Assembly: GCA_964425075.1 (NCBI GenBank)
Contig: CAYRKM010000001.1
Coordinates: 106,137 to 170,136 of the forward strand
From: an uncultured Gammaproteobacteria bacterium
GTDB taxonomy: Bacteria > Patescibacteriota > Microgenomatia > Levybacterales > GWA1-39-11
Direction: 5' to 3'
Length of the DNA stretch: 64,000 nucleotides
Within the stretch, counting starts at the first letter, position 1. The number at the start of each line of letters is the position of its first letter. The translations under genes were made by a program, and so were the position numbers. Below, piece after piece: positions 1 to 9,381 of the stretch. The notes beneath the pieces were generated by a model. That model made no database searches. It was given only the letters and a program-made list of their open reading frames with translations, and was not told the DNA's origin.

Positions 1-2
1 AT

Positions 3-614
3 ATTCTTATCACTCAAGACTTCAATGGTTTTTGCCTAACCGCAGTTGACTTCAAGCGAATTGGAGAATCAGAGGCATGTATTGATATCACAACCCCCAT
101 AACCGAAGACCTTTCATATAAGGACATTTTCCTACCACCAACCATAGGACTTTCCAAAAAAGTAATTAATGCAGGTGAAAACGCTGAGATTTATGGTTAT
201 ACAATGCCATTTGCCAAAGTTTATTTGAGCTTAAATGATGAAATTATTACGCTTACTGCTGACTCCACTGGATTTTATAGATATCTATTTAAAAATGTGC
301 CTGCAGGAAGTTATACATTTAGCGCAGCAGCCGAATTGAATGGTAAAAAATCATTGCCGCCCACGAAAAAAGTTACTCTAGAAGCGCGCTCCTTGGTTGG
401 AAGAATTTCTGAAATTCCTAAAGAAGCAGCCGCAAAATTGCCACTCTCTAATATTGGGCTTATTTTGTTGGCATTATTACTCCTAATTGCTATTGGGATT
501 TTGCTATATAAATTAAGATTTAAATTGTGGGTTATTATCGTTGATAAATTTAGAAAAAGACACCGAATGCACCACGATTGGTTCTTAGACGCATGGGATA
601 AAATGGGGAAATAG
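3..614 (+). CDS. 5'-partial Ig-like domain protein with C-terminal TM anchor
   Basis: The frame of ORF 204..614 is open back to the window edge (ILITQDFNGFCLTAVDF...). Beta-rich segment GYTMPFAKV..GSYTFSAAA, then a hydrophobic helix IGLILLALLLLIAIGILLY and a basic tail. Confidence 0.75.
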   Translation: MLITQDFNGFCLTAVDFKRIGESEACIDITTPITEDLSYKDIFLPPTIGLSKKVINAGENAEIYGYTMPFAKVYLSLNDEIITLTADSTGFYRYLFKNVPAGSYTFSAAAELNGKKSLPPTKKVTLEARSLVGRISEIPKEAAAKLPLSNIGLILLALLLLIAIGILLYKLRFKLWVIIVDKFRKRHRMHHDWFLDAWDKMGK

Positions 615-679
615 AATTTAGAATATGGAATATTGAATTTAGAGAATGTGTTTTTGCAGTCAAACAATTTAACCATTTG

Positions 680-793
680 CTTATAATTGTTCAAGAAAGC
701 CCCGACTGTGAAGTCGAGGATGAATTGAACGGTTACAGACTCGTCGAAGACGAAGTCTGAGAAAACCCCGACCGTAAGGTCGTGGGTTATTTA
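680..793. repeat. Palindromic intergenic element (IS200/IS605-end-like or REPIN-like), long copy
   Basis: Hairpins GAAAGCCCCGAC..GTCGAGG and GAAAACCCCGAC..GGTCGTGGG. Both ends match the inverted short copy at 53779-53827. Confidence 0.6.
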
Positions 794-873
794 TTTTCGA
801 ATTATGCTAATTGCGTGAAAATATCTTGACATTAATCTTCAAATCTGGCTTAAATAGAAAAGACCATATCTTT

Positions 874-2334
874 ATGTCTTTCTTATCAGGTGTGCAAAAA
901 ACGCTCTTTCCTGTTGTGCTTGTTGTTGGCGCATTATTTTTTTTGAGTGTAAAACAATCCGACGCCGCCTCATTTTCAAGCGCAAGTGCTACTCTTTCCA
1001 CCTCACGTCCTTCTGCCTCAAGCCCACTTAGTGCTGATGCAGCAAGTGGAGCATCTCAAGCTAGCATTTATAGTAATGGCTCAAGATATCTAGCTTCAGA
1101 CTCTGCCCAACTCTACAGAACCTCAAGTGGTGCGTATATTGATGCAGCGATTGTTGTAGCCTCTCAATCAGCAGCATTTACAACTGTTTACTTTGGTGAC
1201 ACAACTGGAGCAGCAGCTCAAAATGGAACAGATGTTCTCATGGTTCCGATCACTTCACTTCATACAATTCGATTTACTCTTACAACAGCACTTCCTGCAG
1301 GAGGCGATATTATTTTAAATTACCCAGGTAGCGCAAATAACACTGCGTCTCCTTCAGCAACTAGTTTTGCATTCAATAATTTAAATGGGACAGGAGGTTT
1401 ACCTGCAAATGTTGTCACAAATGGCATAACGTGTAACTCAAATTCCTATGTTACTTCTCCTCAAATTATGTGTGAAAGCACTGCTGGAGTAAGCGCCGGA
1501 ACAACTATTACTTTTCTTATTGGTTGTTCTGCCCAAAGCGGAGGTTCCTGTACAACCCAGGTTCCTAGAATGATAAATCCAACTAAATCAGCTGCTGCCG
1601 GAACTGCAGACGTTTGGAAAGTTGTTGTTCAATCTCGCGACTCTAGTGATGTGGTGCTAGATACTTCAACACTTGCTATGGGTGTTATTGAAACGGTTAC
1701 TATTCGAGCTACAGTTGACCCTAGTCTTACATTTACAATTGCAGGTATATCAAATGCCACTGCTGTAAATAATGGAAACACAACCGGATGTTTACAAACA
1801 GAAACTACAAATTCTGGTATTGCCTCAACTGCTACTGAGGTAGCATTAGGAGTTCTTGGACAAATTCCAGGCACTAATACCAAACTTCCAAATATTGCGG
1901 CCCAACTTCTGACAGTTAGTACAAATGGTGCGGCTGGATACTCACTTGTTGCAACATCAAGCGGAAAACTCAGAAATCCTGCAACAGGTTTTTCTATAAA
2001 TAGCTCAACTACCCCCCAAGCCTTCCCTGCTTCTACCCCCTTCTTTGGACTACATGCTTGTGGACTAGATAGTGACGTTACTTTCTGGAATTCTACGGGA
2101 AGCTCTGCGTGCAACAGCTATGTAACCGGCTCAACTGATCCAATTTGTCGTTATGGTTGGCCTACGACAACAGAACCAGTTCTTTTGTCTTCTGACTCTA
2201 CAGGACCAATTGGAAATAGCATTCTTGCAGGAAATGGGCTGACAAGCGTTTCATATGCATCTGCAATTGATGCAACCGTACCACCAGGCGAATACACGAC
2301 AGTTGTAACTTATGTTGCAACACCGTCATTTTAA
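874..2334 (+). CDS. Secreted WxL-like surface protein
   Basis: Signal peptide ending SDA-A; S/T/G-rich beta protein with paired Cys; C-terminal PPGEYTTVVTYVATPSF resembles the WxL-type GxYxxxITW end. ATG 874 is preferred over TTG 811. Confidence 0.7.
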   Translation: MSFLSGVQKTLFPVVLVVGALFFLSVKQSDAASFSSASATLSTSRPSASSPLSADAASGASQASIYSNGSRYLASDSAQLYRTSSGAYIDAAIVVASQSAAFTTVYFGDTTGAAAQNGTDVLMVPITSLHTIRFTLTTALPAGGDIILNYPGSANNTASPSATSFAFNNLNGTGGLPANVVTNGITCNSNSYVTSPQIMCESTAGVSAGTTITFLIGCSAQSGGSCTTQVPRMINPTKSAAAGTADVWKVVVQSRDSSDVVLDTSTLAMGVIETVTIRATVDPSLTFTIAGISNATAVNNGNTTGCLQTETTNSGIASTATEVALGVLGQIPGTNTKLPNIAAQLLTVSTNGAAGYSLVATSSGKLRNPATGFSINSSTTPQAFPASTPFFGLHACGLDSDVTFWNSTGSSACNSYVTGSTDPICRYGWPTTTEPVLLSSDSTGPIGNSILAGNGLTSVSYASAIDATVPPGEYTTVVTYVATPSF

Positions 2335-2429
2335 AAGAGTAGTAAGTATTAAGTAGCAAGTATTAAGGTTTGTCAGATGAAGACTGATATCTACTAGCTA
2401 CATACTACTTTCTACCCGATACCAAACAT

Positions 2430-3404
2430 ATGTCGACTGCCAAAATTTGTAAAACAAAATATTTTATAAAGTCATTCTTCATTACTTCTCTTTTTAGTTT
2501 GTTTTTGGTTTTAACTGCAAAATTTATATTTGCTCAGGAAAACCCCCGCACGATTACAATTGTACCCCCCACTGTTGAAAGAAGTGTGAATCCTGGAGAC
2601 AGGGCTGAAGGTACCCTAAAAATCGTAAATGATAGCAAGACTCCTATAACCTTTAAGGCATACGTGAGAGATTTTATAGTTGAGGATACAATTGGAACAC
2701 CAAAAATCTTAGCAGACGATATATTATCAAAAAAATATTCAGCCTCGTCCTGGATAGCCGTTGTTCCTGATGCTTTTATAGTTTCTCCAGGTACAAGCCA
2801 AACCCTTAATTACTACCTTCAAGTTCCACTTGATGCTCGTCCAGGCGGTAGATATGCAGCAGTTGTATACGAACCTCAAGAGTTAATAGGTGTTCAAGGC
2901 ACAGGTGCTGGTGTTGAAACTCGACTTGGTTCTCTTTTTATCCTAAGAGTGAGTGGAGATGTATTGGAAAACGCAACTGTCGAGAAATTTCAAGCTCCAG
3001 GTTTTGCCGAGTATGGTCCAGTGAGCTTAATAACAGAAATTAAGAACCTGAGCGATGTACACATAAAACCAAAGGGAATAATAACTATTAAAAATATGTT
3101 TGGACAAATTATGGAAACCCAACCTCTTCCTGAACATAATATTTTTCCTGAAGCGGTAAGAAAATTTGAAAATTCAGTTGGAAAAAAATATTTGGCCGGA
3201 AGGTATACTGCAGAGCTTCAAGCAACATATGGAATTAATAACAACCTTACTCTCTACGCAACGACTAACTTTTTTGTTTTTCCTTGGAAAATAGCCGGAA
3301 TTGTATTGCTTGCAGGAATTCTTGCCATTCTTCTTGTTCTTTATATCAAGAAAAGGAAGGAAGAAAAAAAGTCATCTTCAAGCCCCGACCACACAATACA
3401 ATAA
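2430..3404 (+). CDS. DUF916/DUF3324-like (WxL-interacting) membrane-anchored protein
   Basis: Signal peptide; motifs VPLDARPGGRYAAV, NLSDVHIKPKG and GRYTAEL; C-terminal TM plus KKRK; directly follows the WxL-like gene. Confidence 0.75.
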   Translation: MSTAKICKTKYFIKSFFITSLFSLFLVLTAKFIFAQENPRTITIVPPTVERSVNPGDRAEGTLKIVNDSKTPITFKAYVRDFIVEDTIGTPKILADDILSKKYSASSWIAVVPDAFIVSPGTSQTLNYYLQVPLDARPGGRYAAVVYEPQELIGVQGTGAGVETRLGSLFILRVSGDVLENATVEKFQAPGFAEYGPVSLITEIKNLSDVHIKPKGIITIKNMFGQIMETQPLPEHNIFPEAVRKFENSVGKKYLAGRYTAELQATYGINNNLTLYATTNFFVFPWKIAGIVLLAGILAILLVLYIKKRKEEKKSSSSPDHTIQ

Positions 3405-3429
3405 TATTACCAAAAAGTATTATAGTAAT

Positions 3430-3458
3430 TTGACTGCTTAGATTTTTGCTGCTAAAAT
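3430..3458 (+). promoter_or_regulatory. Sigma70-type promoter upstream of GC-rich islet 1
   Basis: TTGACT-17 nt-TAAAAT with TG upstream of the -10. Confidence 0.5.
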
Positions 3459-3663
3459 TCGTTGTGATTTGAACAGTTGAAGGTTGTTTGTGGGACCGAG
3501 AGTACTGCATTCTCGAACCCTTTATCCTTCTCTTTTCATCAGCCCATAAGCATTACTATTATGCTTTTGGTGCACATTGACAAATCCTGAGTGAAAATTC
3601 AGCTGCTCTTGAGCAGTTTTACCAACTAGAGGGGCTTGCCCCGCAAGATTTGGAGCGGCGAGG

Positions 3664-3867
3664 ATGCCAAAAAGAAAACGGGCCAGGGGAAACCTAGGCA
3701 AACGGCTAACTACCGGGCAACTTGGGCTCTGGGAAAGCATGATGCGCGAGCCGGGTGTCCAACCGGACATCTACGAGGGCGTTATTGCCGATGTTGACGC
3801 CTCCGGGCGTCAGATCGTACCCCGTGACCGCGACGAGGAAGGAGAAGCGCATGTGGCAACTAATTAA
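3664..3867 (+). CDS. Small hypothetical protein (GC-rich islet)
   Basis: 67-aa ORF preceded by GGAG/GAGG; no recognisable motif. Confidence 0.35.
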   Translation: MPKRKRARGNLGKRLTTGQLGLWESMMREPGVQPDIYEGVIADVDASGRQIVPRDRDEEGEAHVATN

Positions 3868-4039
3868 ATGGGTACCTGGAGGTCCCAACAAGGTTCTAGT
3901 CGAGGCTCTCGATGAACCAAGAGCTGCTTCTGCTTTCCGTAGCAGACGGGAGGGCCAGTACACCATACGGGTTATCCAGCCAACTGGAGAGGAAGTCCCA
4001 CTGGACTGGTACAATCTCGCGCTCGACCACGAGATCTAG
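3851..4039 (+). CDS. Small hypothetical protein (GC-rich islet)
   Basis: ATG 3851 has AAGGAG upstream and overlaps the end of the previous ORF; it is the 3' part of ORF 3755..4039. Confidence 0.4.
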   Translation: MWQLIKWVPGGPNKVLVEALDEPRAASAFRSRREGQYTIRVIQPTGEEVPLDWYNLALDHEI

Positions 4040-4157
4040 CTCACTCAGGACGGGTGAAGAAAGAGAAACTACCCGCAAGGGAATTATTTGCCACGAATTG
4101 CTCGTGTCAACTGATTGGGCAGCGCCCTTTTCACTCTTTCTTCACCTTCGTCCCAAA

Positions 4158-5882
4158 TTAATTTACAATTCTTTGGGACTTTTCTAAATCCACATTTCGA
4201 TCTTTTTTATTCTCAAGAATGCGAATAAATGGTAATGTGAACACAATTGATGTTCCTTCTCCAAATTTTGAATGAACAGAAATATTGCCTCCATGGCTCT
4301 CAATGATAGCTTTTGATATATATAGACCTAGTCCAGTTCCGCGTCTCCTATGAAGATTGGTTGCTTGAGAAAATGGTTGGAAAAGCTGTTTTATTTTTTC
4401 ATCCTCTATTCCTATTCCATTGTCTCTTACCTCAATTTCTATGTTATTTCCTTTTAATCTAGAAAAAATCTCAACTCTCCCTCCCCTATTTCCAAACTTA
4501 ATTCCATTAGACACCAAATTTGCCAAAACTTGCTCAATTCTAACGGGATCAAAGGCAAAGATGGGTACATCTACACCTTTGTACTTTTCTATCGTTATTC
4601 CCCTATTGTTGGCCTCGTACGTGAATGTTTGGACAAGCTTGTCGATAATTTCATTGATGTCTGACTGTTTGGGAATTATTTGCATTTTTCCTATATCGAT
4701 TTTGGCCGTGTCAAGAAGCTCTTGAATATCATTCAAAAGCCTTTCTGTTGAGTCATGAAGAATGTGCTTAAGCTTTAATTCATCATCTCTCTCTAATTTT
4801 TCTGCTAAAAGAAGCGAGGAAGCTCCCCTCATAGCTGTTAATGGCGCTCTAAGCTCATGAATGACCATATTTACAAATCCCTCACGTGTTTTATCAAGCT
4901 CTTTTTCAACAGTTATATCCTGCATCGTAACGGAAACCCCAATTATGGTTTCGTCATTTGAATCAAAAACAGGCGTAAGATAAATATTGAAGTGTTTTTC
5001 ACTTATCTCTACATTTCGGTAAAATGTACTTTTTTTCATAAGGATTACCTCTTTCATTTCGGTAATTAAGTTTGGGGAAAGTTTGAAGCTATTCAAAACC
5101 TGAACAAGCTCCAATTCTCCTGAAAGTTTCAAAAATCTTTTAGCTGCATTATTTATCGTAAACAGTTTCAAACTATTATTTTCTATAGTAAAAAGCATCG
5201 CTCCAGACGAAAGGCTTTTTATCAATGACTCAACTTTGCCCTTCTCTGTCTCAATTACATTCTCTAACCTACCGATTGCAAATTGAGCCTGATTTACGAT
5301 TTTATACAAAAGACTCATATCCTCGTCTTGATAAGCATGCGGAGTGCTTGATGATATATTTATAATTCCAATAAAGCGATTGTTAAGAACCAATGGAATA
5401 TTAAAATAAGACTGAGGAACCCCATCATAGGGAGTCAAACTATCAAGCAATGACTCATCTTCCTTGGAAATATGTGCTCCTGCGGACTTCTCAATAAGCG
5501 GAAAAGATTTTAGCGAATCATCTATTTCATAAACTGCCTGGAGCATGATTTGCTTAACACCCGAAAGATATGAAGGGCCCACCTTCTCTTTGGTTAAAGT
5601 TGTAAGTTCTAAATGCCCTTTATCAATTATCGTGAAAGAAACAGATGAAACTTTAAAAAGCTTTTCTATGGTTGAGGCCAAAGTTGTTGCTACATCTTTT
5701 ATGCTTAATGTGTATCCTGTTTTGTCTGAGATCTCCTTTAAAATGCTTAATTCAAATAGTTGCTGAGAATGTTTTTTTTCTTTTTTAAAAAGCTCTAGTT
5801 TGGTAGACTTGAGGCGAAAATACAAATAAACGGTCGTAAGACTCGTTATCAAAAATCCAAACATTGTAAAAGTCTCAAGCAT
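4158..5882 (-). CDS. Sensor histidine kinase (TM-GAF-PAS-HisKA-HATPase)
   Basis: H-box HELRAPL, N-box NLVSNGIKF, G1 DNGIGI, G2 GTGLGL; GAF-like IPLVLNNRFIGII. Confidence 0.95.
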   Translation of the reverse strand: MLETFTMFGFLITSLTTVYLYFRLKSTKLELFKKEKKHSQQLFELSILKEISDKTGYTLSIKDVATTLASTIEKLFKVSSVSFTIIDKGHLELTTLTKEKVGPSYLSGVKQIMLQAVYEIDDSLKSFPLIEKSAGAHISKEDESLLDSLTPYDGVPQSYFNIPLVLNNRFIGIINISSSTPHAYQDEDMSLLYKIVNQAQFAIGRLENVIETEKGKVESLIKSLSSGAMLFTIENNSLKLFTINNAAKRFLKLSGELELVQVLNSFKLSPNLITEMKEVILMKKSTFYRNVEISEKHFNIYLTPVFDSNDETIIGVSVTMQDITVEKELDKTREGFVNMVIHELRAPLTAMRGASSLLLAEKLERDDELKLKHILHDSTERLLNDIQELLDTAKIDIGKMQIIPKQSDINEIIDKLVQTFTYEANNRGITIEKYKGVDVPIFAFDPVRIEQVLANLVSNGIKFGNRGGRVEIFSRLKGNNIEIEVRDNGIGIEDEKIKQLFQPFSQATNLHRRRGTGLGLYISKAIIESHGGNISVHSKFGEGTSIVFTLPFIRILENKKDRNVDLEKSQRIVN

Positions 5883-5958
5883 AATTTAAGTATGAAATAA
5901 AAATTAACAGGTAGCAAGTAGTAGCGGACTTAAGGTATGGGGAATTATTAAGAGTGAT

Positions 5959-5994
5959 TGGTGGGAGACGACGCGCGATGCGTCGCCCCCCACC
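5959..5994 (-). terminator. GC-rich hairpin closing islet 2
   Basis: GGTGGG-GACGACGC...GCGTCG-CCCACC inverted repeat 10 nt after the stop of ORF 6005..6409. Confidence 0.5.
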
Positions 5995-6004
5995 GGTTGC
6001 AGAG

Positions 6005-6409
6005 CTACGAAGCAGCGAGTGCTTCCTCGACCTCGAACATGTCGCTGGATCGAAAGAAGAGGAATTTTTGTTTCCATGAGAGACGTTCCACATCAACTGC
6101 GTTGATGATTTCACGTCCCCGCTGGCTATCGTCCCGGACAATCCCTTGGATTTCCGAGAGGCTAATGGGCGCTCCTTCGATCTCGGCATCGTCAAGTTTG
6201 CCCGTGCGGGCATCCCTCAACCCTTCCGAGATGTTCTGGAGCTCTGCCATCAAGATGGCAAAAGCCCCCTCGTCGTACTCCCTGCGGGAGCAGACGACGA
6301 ACCCGAACAGTCGAACAGCCACGAAACACTTCCCTTCTCGGCATAGCCGAATTCGCTCTGCTATATGTCTTACCGAAAGTGACTTTTGAGAACGTGCAAC
6401 CGCGCTCAT
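6005..6409 (-). CDS. Hypothetical protein (GC-rich islet)
   Basis: 134-aa ORF with its own consensus promoter upstream and a hairpin downstream, which favours it over the overlapping ORFs. Confidence 0.55.
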   Translation of the reverse strand: MSAVARSQKSLSVRHIAERIRLCREGKCFVAVRLFGFVVCSRREYDEGAFAILMAELQNISEGLRDARTGKLDDAEIEGAPISLSEIQGIVRDDSQRGREIINAVDVERLSWKQKFLFFRSSDMFEVEEALAAS

Positions 6410-6430
6410 ACATCACAAACAGTACCTACA

Positions 6431-6459
6431 ATTTTACTCCTTTTGAACCCAAATGTCAA
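6431..6459 (-). promoter_or_regulatory. Sigma70 promoter
   Basis: TTGACA-17 nt-TAAAAT on the minus strand. Confidence 0.7.
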
Positions 6460-6557
6460 GCTATAGGATGTTTCTGCTACCCAGAAATAGGATAACTTTT
6501 TGAGCAATGACTAATGGTTAATAGCTAATAGTTTTTTTGTATTTCAAACTAATTTTT

Positions 6558-6748
6558 CTCTTTCGTCGTTTAGTACTGAACATATGAATAACCGAATGAA
6601 TGAGTGGCCGCGAAGCGGAAGAACTGAAAAGGCGAAGTCCGAGTTCTTAACGAATGAATGAGGTTTTGAATACGTGAAGGACTATTGACGAGAGCTTTTG
6701 CCTGCACTGAGTGAAACGAATGTGGTACTTTTCTCGGTAGAAAAGTAC
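6558..6748 (+). repeat. Dispersed long-hairpin element, copy A
   Basis: Shares GAACATATGAA, GAATACGTGA and ATTGACGAGAG with 61305-61489 and ends in a GTACTTTT..AAAAGTAC hairpin. Confidence 0.7.
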
Positions 6749-6757
6749 ATGAGCTCG

Positions 6758-7102
6758 TTATTTCGTGAGGCTTTCCAATCTATCCGCGGTTTTCTTACTC
6801 CCTATCACAATAATGTACGTTCCCAATACAAAACATACACCTTTTATCAAAAATACTCCAACGGAATAGACATTGCTATAACTTATCTGAAAATAGGAGT
6901 TAATTGCATCAATTATTATTCCCAAAGCCAAAAATAATACTCCTGTAGCAATTGTTTTAAAACCGTGAGCCAAAATTCCACTTCCAAATTTTTTTGTAAC
7001 CTGATACATAATAAGCGCGGCGGTAATTGCAGCAAATGCAGCCACAAAAGAAATTCCATTTACGATAATGGTTAAGAATTGAAGGTCATTAAATTCGTAC
7101 AT
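6758..7102 (-). CDS. Three-TM membrane protein linked to the two-component cluster
   Basis: Three hydrophobic helices; TAGAAT 5 nt upstream of the ATG. Confidence 0.8.
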   Translation of the reverse strand: MYEFNDLQFLTIIVNGISFVAAFAAITAALIMYQVTKKFGSGILAHGFKTIATGVLFLALGIIIDAINSYFQISYSNVYSVGVFLIKGVCFVLGTYIIVIGSKKTADRLESLTK

Positions 7103-7155
7103 AATCTATTCTAGTCACAATAAAGATAAGATGTAAACCACCTATCTCAATTCAT

Positions 7156-7719
7156 TTACTTTTGAGCTGAATTCTCGGTTGATAATGGCGACTTTGAGAG
7201 TTCATCAAGAGCATGATTCAATTCGTCCAATTGGTTTTGAGAAAATTGTGGCGGCTCTATTTTTTCTTCAGTTTTATTTTCTTCTATAACTTGAGGTTGT
7301 GGATTTGCATTTATAATAGGTGGTTGATCCACTTTTATTGGAGTGGGTGAAAGAACTGAATTAAGAGGTACGGTTTCTTGGGGCATAACTTGAGGCTGAG
7401 ATGGAGAATACATGGGAGCTCCAAGGGTTACTGCAGACTGAGAAGCATTCCCCAATAACACTCCTGGATATGAAGTCAAAATCGACTCCATTGTCTTTTT
7501 CACAATCATTCCAGAAAGCTCAACGAATTGATTGATAAGTTGCTGCAAAAGTTGTTGAGGATCCCCCGTAATGGTTTGAACTACTCCCCCATTATCTACT
7601 GTAATCCCTTGTACGTTTTTGACCTTGGCAAGCGTAATATCGGGCCCCAAAACAAGCATTTGCTTTCGGATTAGCTCAGTAAAGATTGTTTTATAGTCTG
7701 TGTCGTTAGTGGGCAGCAT
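7156..7719 (-). CDS. Hypothetical protein with globular N-terminal domain and Pro/Gln-rich tail
   Basis: Starts 6 nt downstream of the response regulator stop; 187 aa. Confidence 0.75.
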   Translation of the reverse strand: MLPTNDTDYKTIFTELIRKQMLVLGPDITLAKVKNVQGITVDNGGVVQTITGDPQQLLQQLINQFVELSGMIVKKTMESILTSYPGVLLGNASQSAVTLGAPMYSPSQPQVMPQETVPLNSVLSPTPIKVDQPPIINANPQPQVIEENKTEEKIEPPQFSQNQLDELNHALDELSKSPLSTENSAQK

Positions 7720-7725
7720 ATGAAT

Positions 7726-8106
7726 TTATGATTGGTTATCTCCTAAAATTCCTTTTACCTTTTTCACCAAATCCTCATTTGAAATTTGATATTTCAAAAT
7801 ATAGTCAACTGCCCCAACTCCAAGGGACTCATTTACCATTTGGTCATTTGAAAAATTGGTTAGCATTGCAACTTTTACGTTATTCGTTAATGAATTACCT
7901 TTTAATTTCCTTAAAACCTCATTGCCAGATAAATCGGGCATCATTTGATCAAGCAAAACAAGGTCGTATGCAATATGTTGAGCCTTATCAAGCGCCTGTT
8001 GACCATTTTCCGCAATTGTTAACTCGTAGCCAGCTTGTTTTAAAACAGTTTCAAATACTGTCCGTGTCTCTGGCTCGTCATCAACCAACAAAATCTTTTT
8101 TGACAT
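7726..8106 (-). CDS. Single-domain response regulator (CheY-like receiver)
   Basis: ILLVDDE, DLVLLDQMMP, MLTN, DYILK; SD AGGAGG. Confidence 0.95.
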   Translation of the reverse strand: MSKKILLVDDEPETRTVFETVLKQAGYELTIAENGQQALDKAQHIAYDLVLLDQMMPDLSGNEVLRKLKGNSLTNNVKVAMLTNFSNDQMVNESLGVGAVDYILKYQISNEDLVKKVKGILGDNQS

Positions 8107-8330
8107 AAAAACCTCCTAATATCAGGCTATCAACTCTGTAAAAAAATTGCAAGCCCTCCTACGTTAAAACTTCGGAGGGCACAGTCCACCTAAAATCATT
8201 CTTCAAACCGTGTTCAAAATTGAACTAAAAAAGTTTGAAGCAAGATATGGCGATCAAGGTTTCACCAACTTTCTTTTGAGGCTAATATAGTATAATTGCC
8301 AAACAAAAACTGTCATGCTAGTATGAATGC

Positions 8331-9245
8331 ATGAGTGAGAATATGAATGCAGAGATTGTAAATCCGGAAACGGTTCAAAAAAGTCCAGAAATTGCAGTCG
8401 TAACAGCCACATTCTATCCTCAGTGGCATGATACAAATACTGAAAGCGAGGCAACCTCTGATAAATTGAGGGGTGATTTGGCCCTTCAATCCGTTGATGC
8501 TGCCATAAACCAAGGATTTAGAGTGGCAATTGTAGATGGTGGGAGTTCTCAGGAATTTGTAGATACTTTAAAACTACGCGGTGTAGATTTTGAGGCACAA
8601 AAAGAACAAGGCGGGCAAGGACCCGCTCGGCGTCAGGCTCTAGAGATGGCAACTCGAGCTGAAGGAGTACAAGTAATTTGTCAAACTGAACCTGAAAAAG
8701 TTTCTATGGTCGCAGATTGTCTCCAAATCGCAGCCCAACCCATCTTAAATGGTGAAGCTGATATTGTGGTTCCAAAAAGAGGACCAGAAAGTTTTGCTAC
8801 TTACCCTGAGTATCAAGCTCTGCAAGAACAAAAATCTAATGCTTTATATAATAGGATTTTGCGCTCACGTGGACTATTAAAAGAGGAAGAACCTGATATT
8901 GATTTTTGGGTTGGTGTAAGGATATTTACCAATAAGCCTGAAGTTTTACAAGTTTTTACAGAAAAAGAAGAATTTGAACCCATTGATACAGAGCTGGATA
9001 AAAAGATAAGGATTGATATGTATTCAAATCCTCTTTTCTATCCTGTTGTAAAAGCTCTTTATAACGGTTTGCGAGTAAAATCAGTTGATGTGCCCTACGT
9101 TCATCCTGCCGCTCAAACCGAGCTGGAATCGGGAAATAAGGAGTTTGATAGAAAACGCGATACTCAAAGAAGAACTATTTTGACAGAATTAATACATCTT
9201 ATTCGAACAAAAGAAAACCCAAAAAAATCTCGCCTCAAACATTAA
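8331..9245 (+). CDS. Glycosyltransferase family 2-like (GT-A fold) protein
   Basis: AIVDGGS, GQGPARRQAL and ADIVVPKR motifs. Confidence 0.65.
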   Translation: MSENMNAEIVNPETVQKSPEIAVVTATFYPQWHDTNTESEATSDKLRGDLALQSVDAAINQGFRVAIVDGGSSQEFVDTLKLRGVDFEAQKEQGGQGPARRQALEMATRAEGVQVICQTEPEKVSMVADCLQIAAQPILNGEADIVVPKRGPESFATYPEYQALQEQKSNALYNRILRSRGLLKEEEPDIDFWVGVRIFTNKPEVLQVFTEKEEFEPIDTELDKKIRIDMYSNPLFYPVVKALYNGLRVKSVDVPYVHPAAQTELESGNKEFDRKRDTQRRTILTELIHLIRTKENPKKSRLKH

Positions 9246-9381
9246 TTCACCCAGAATTTAGCCCGTTCATTTAATATCCCAAATTAAATTGTAATAATTG
9301 ATCCCGTAGAAAAACAGTAAAAAAATGTCTTAGAACTTTCACTCACTTGAATTTGAAGATACTAAGCACTATTATATGGAC

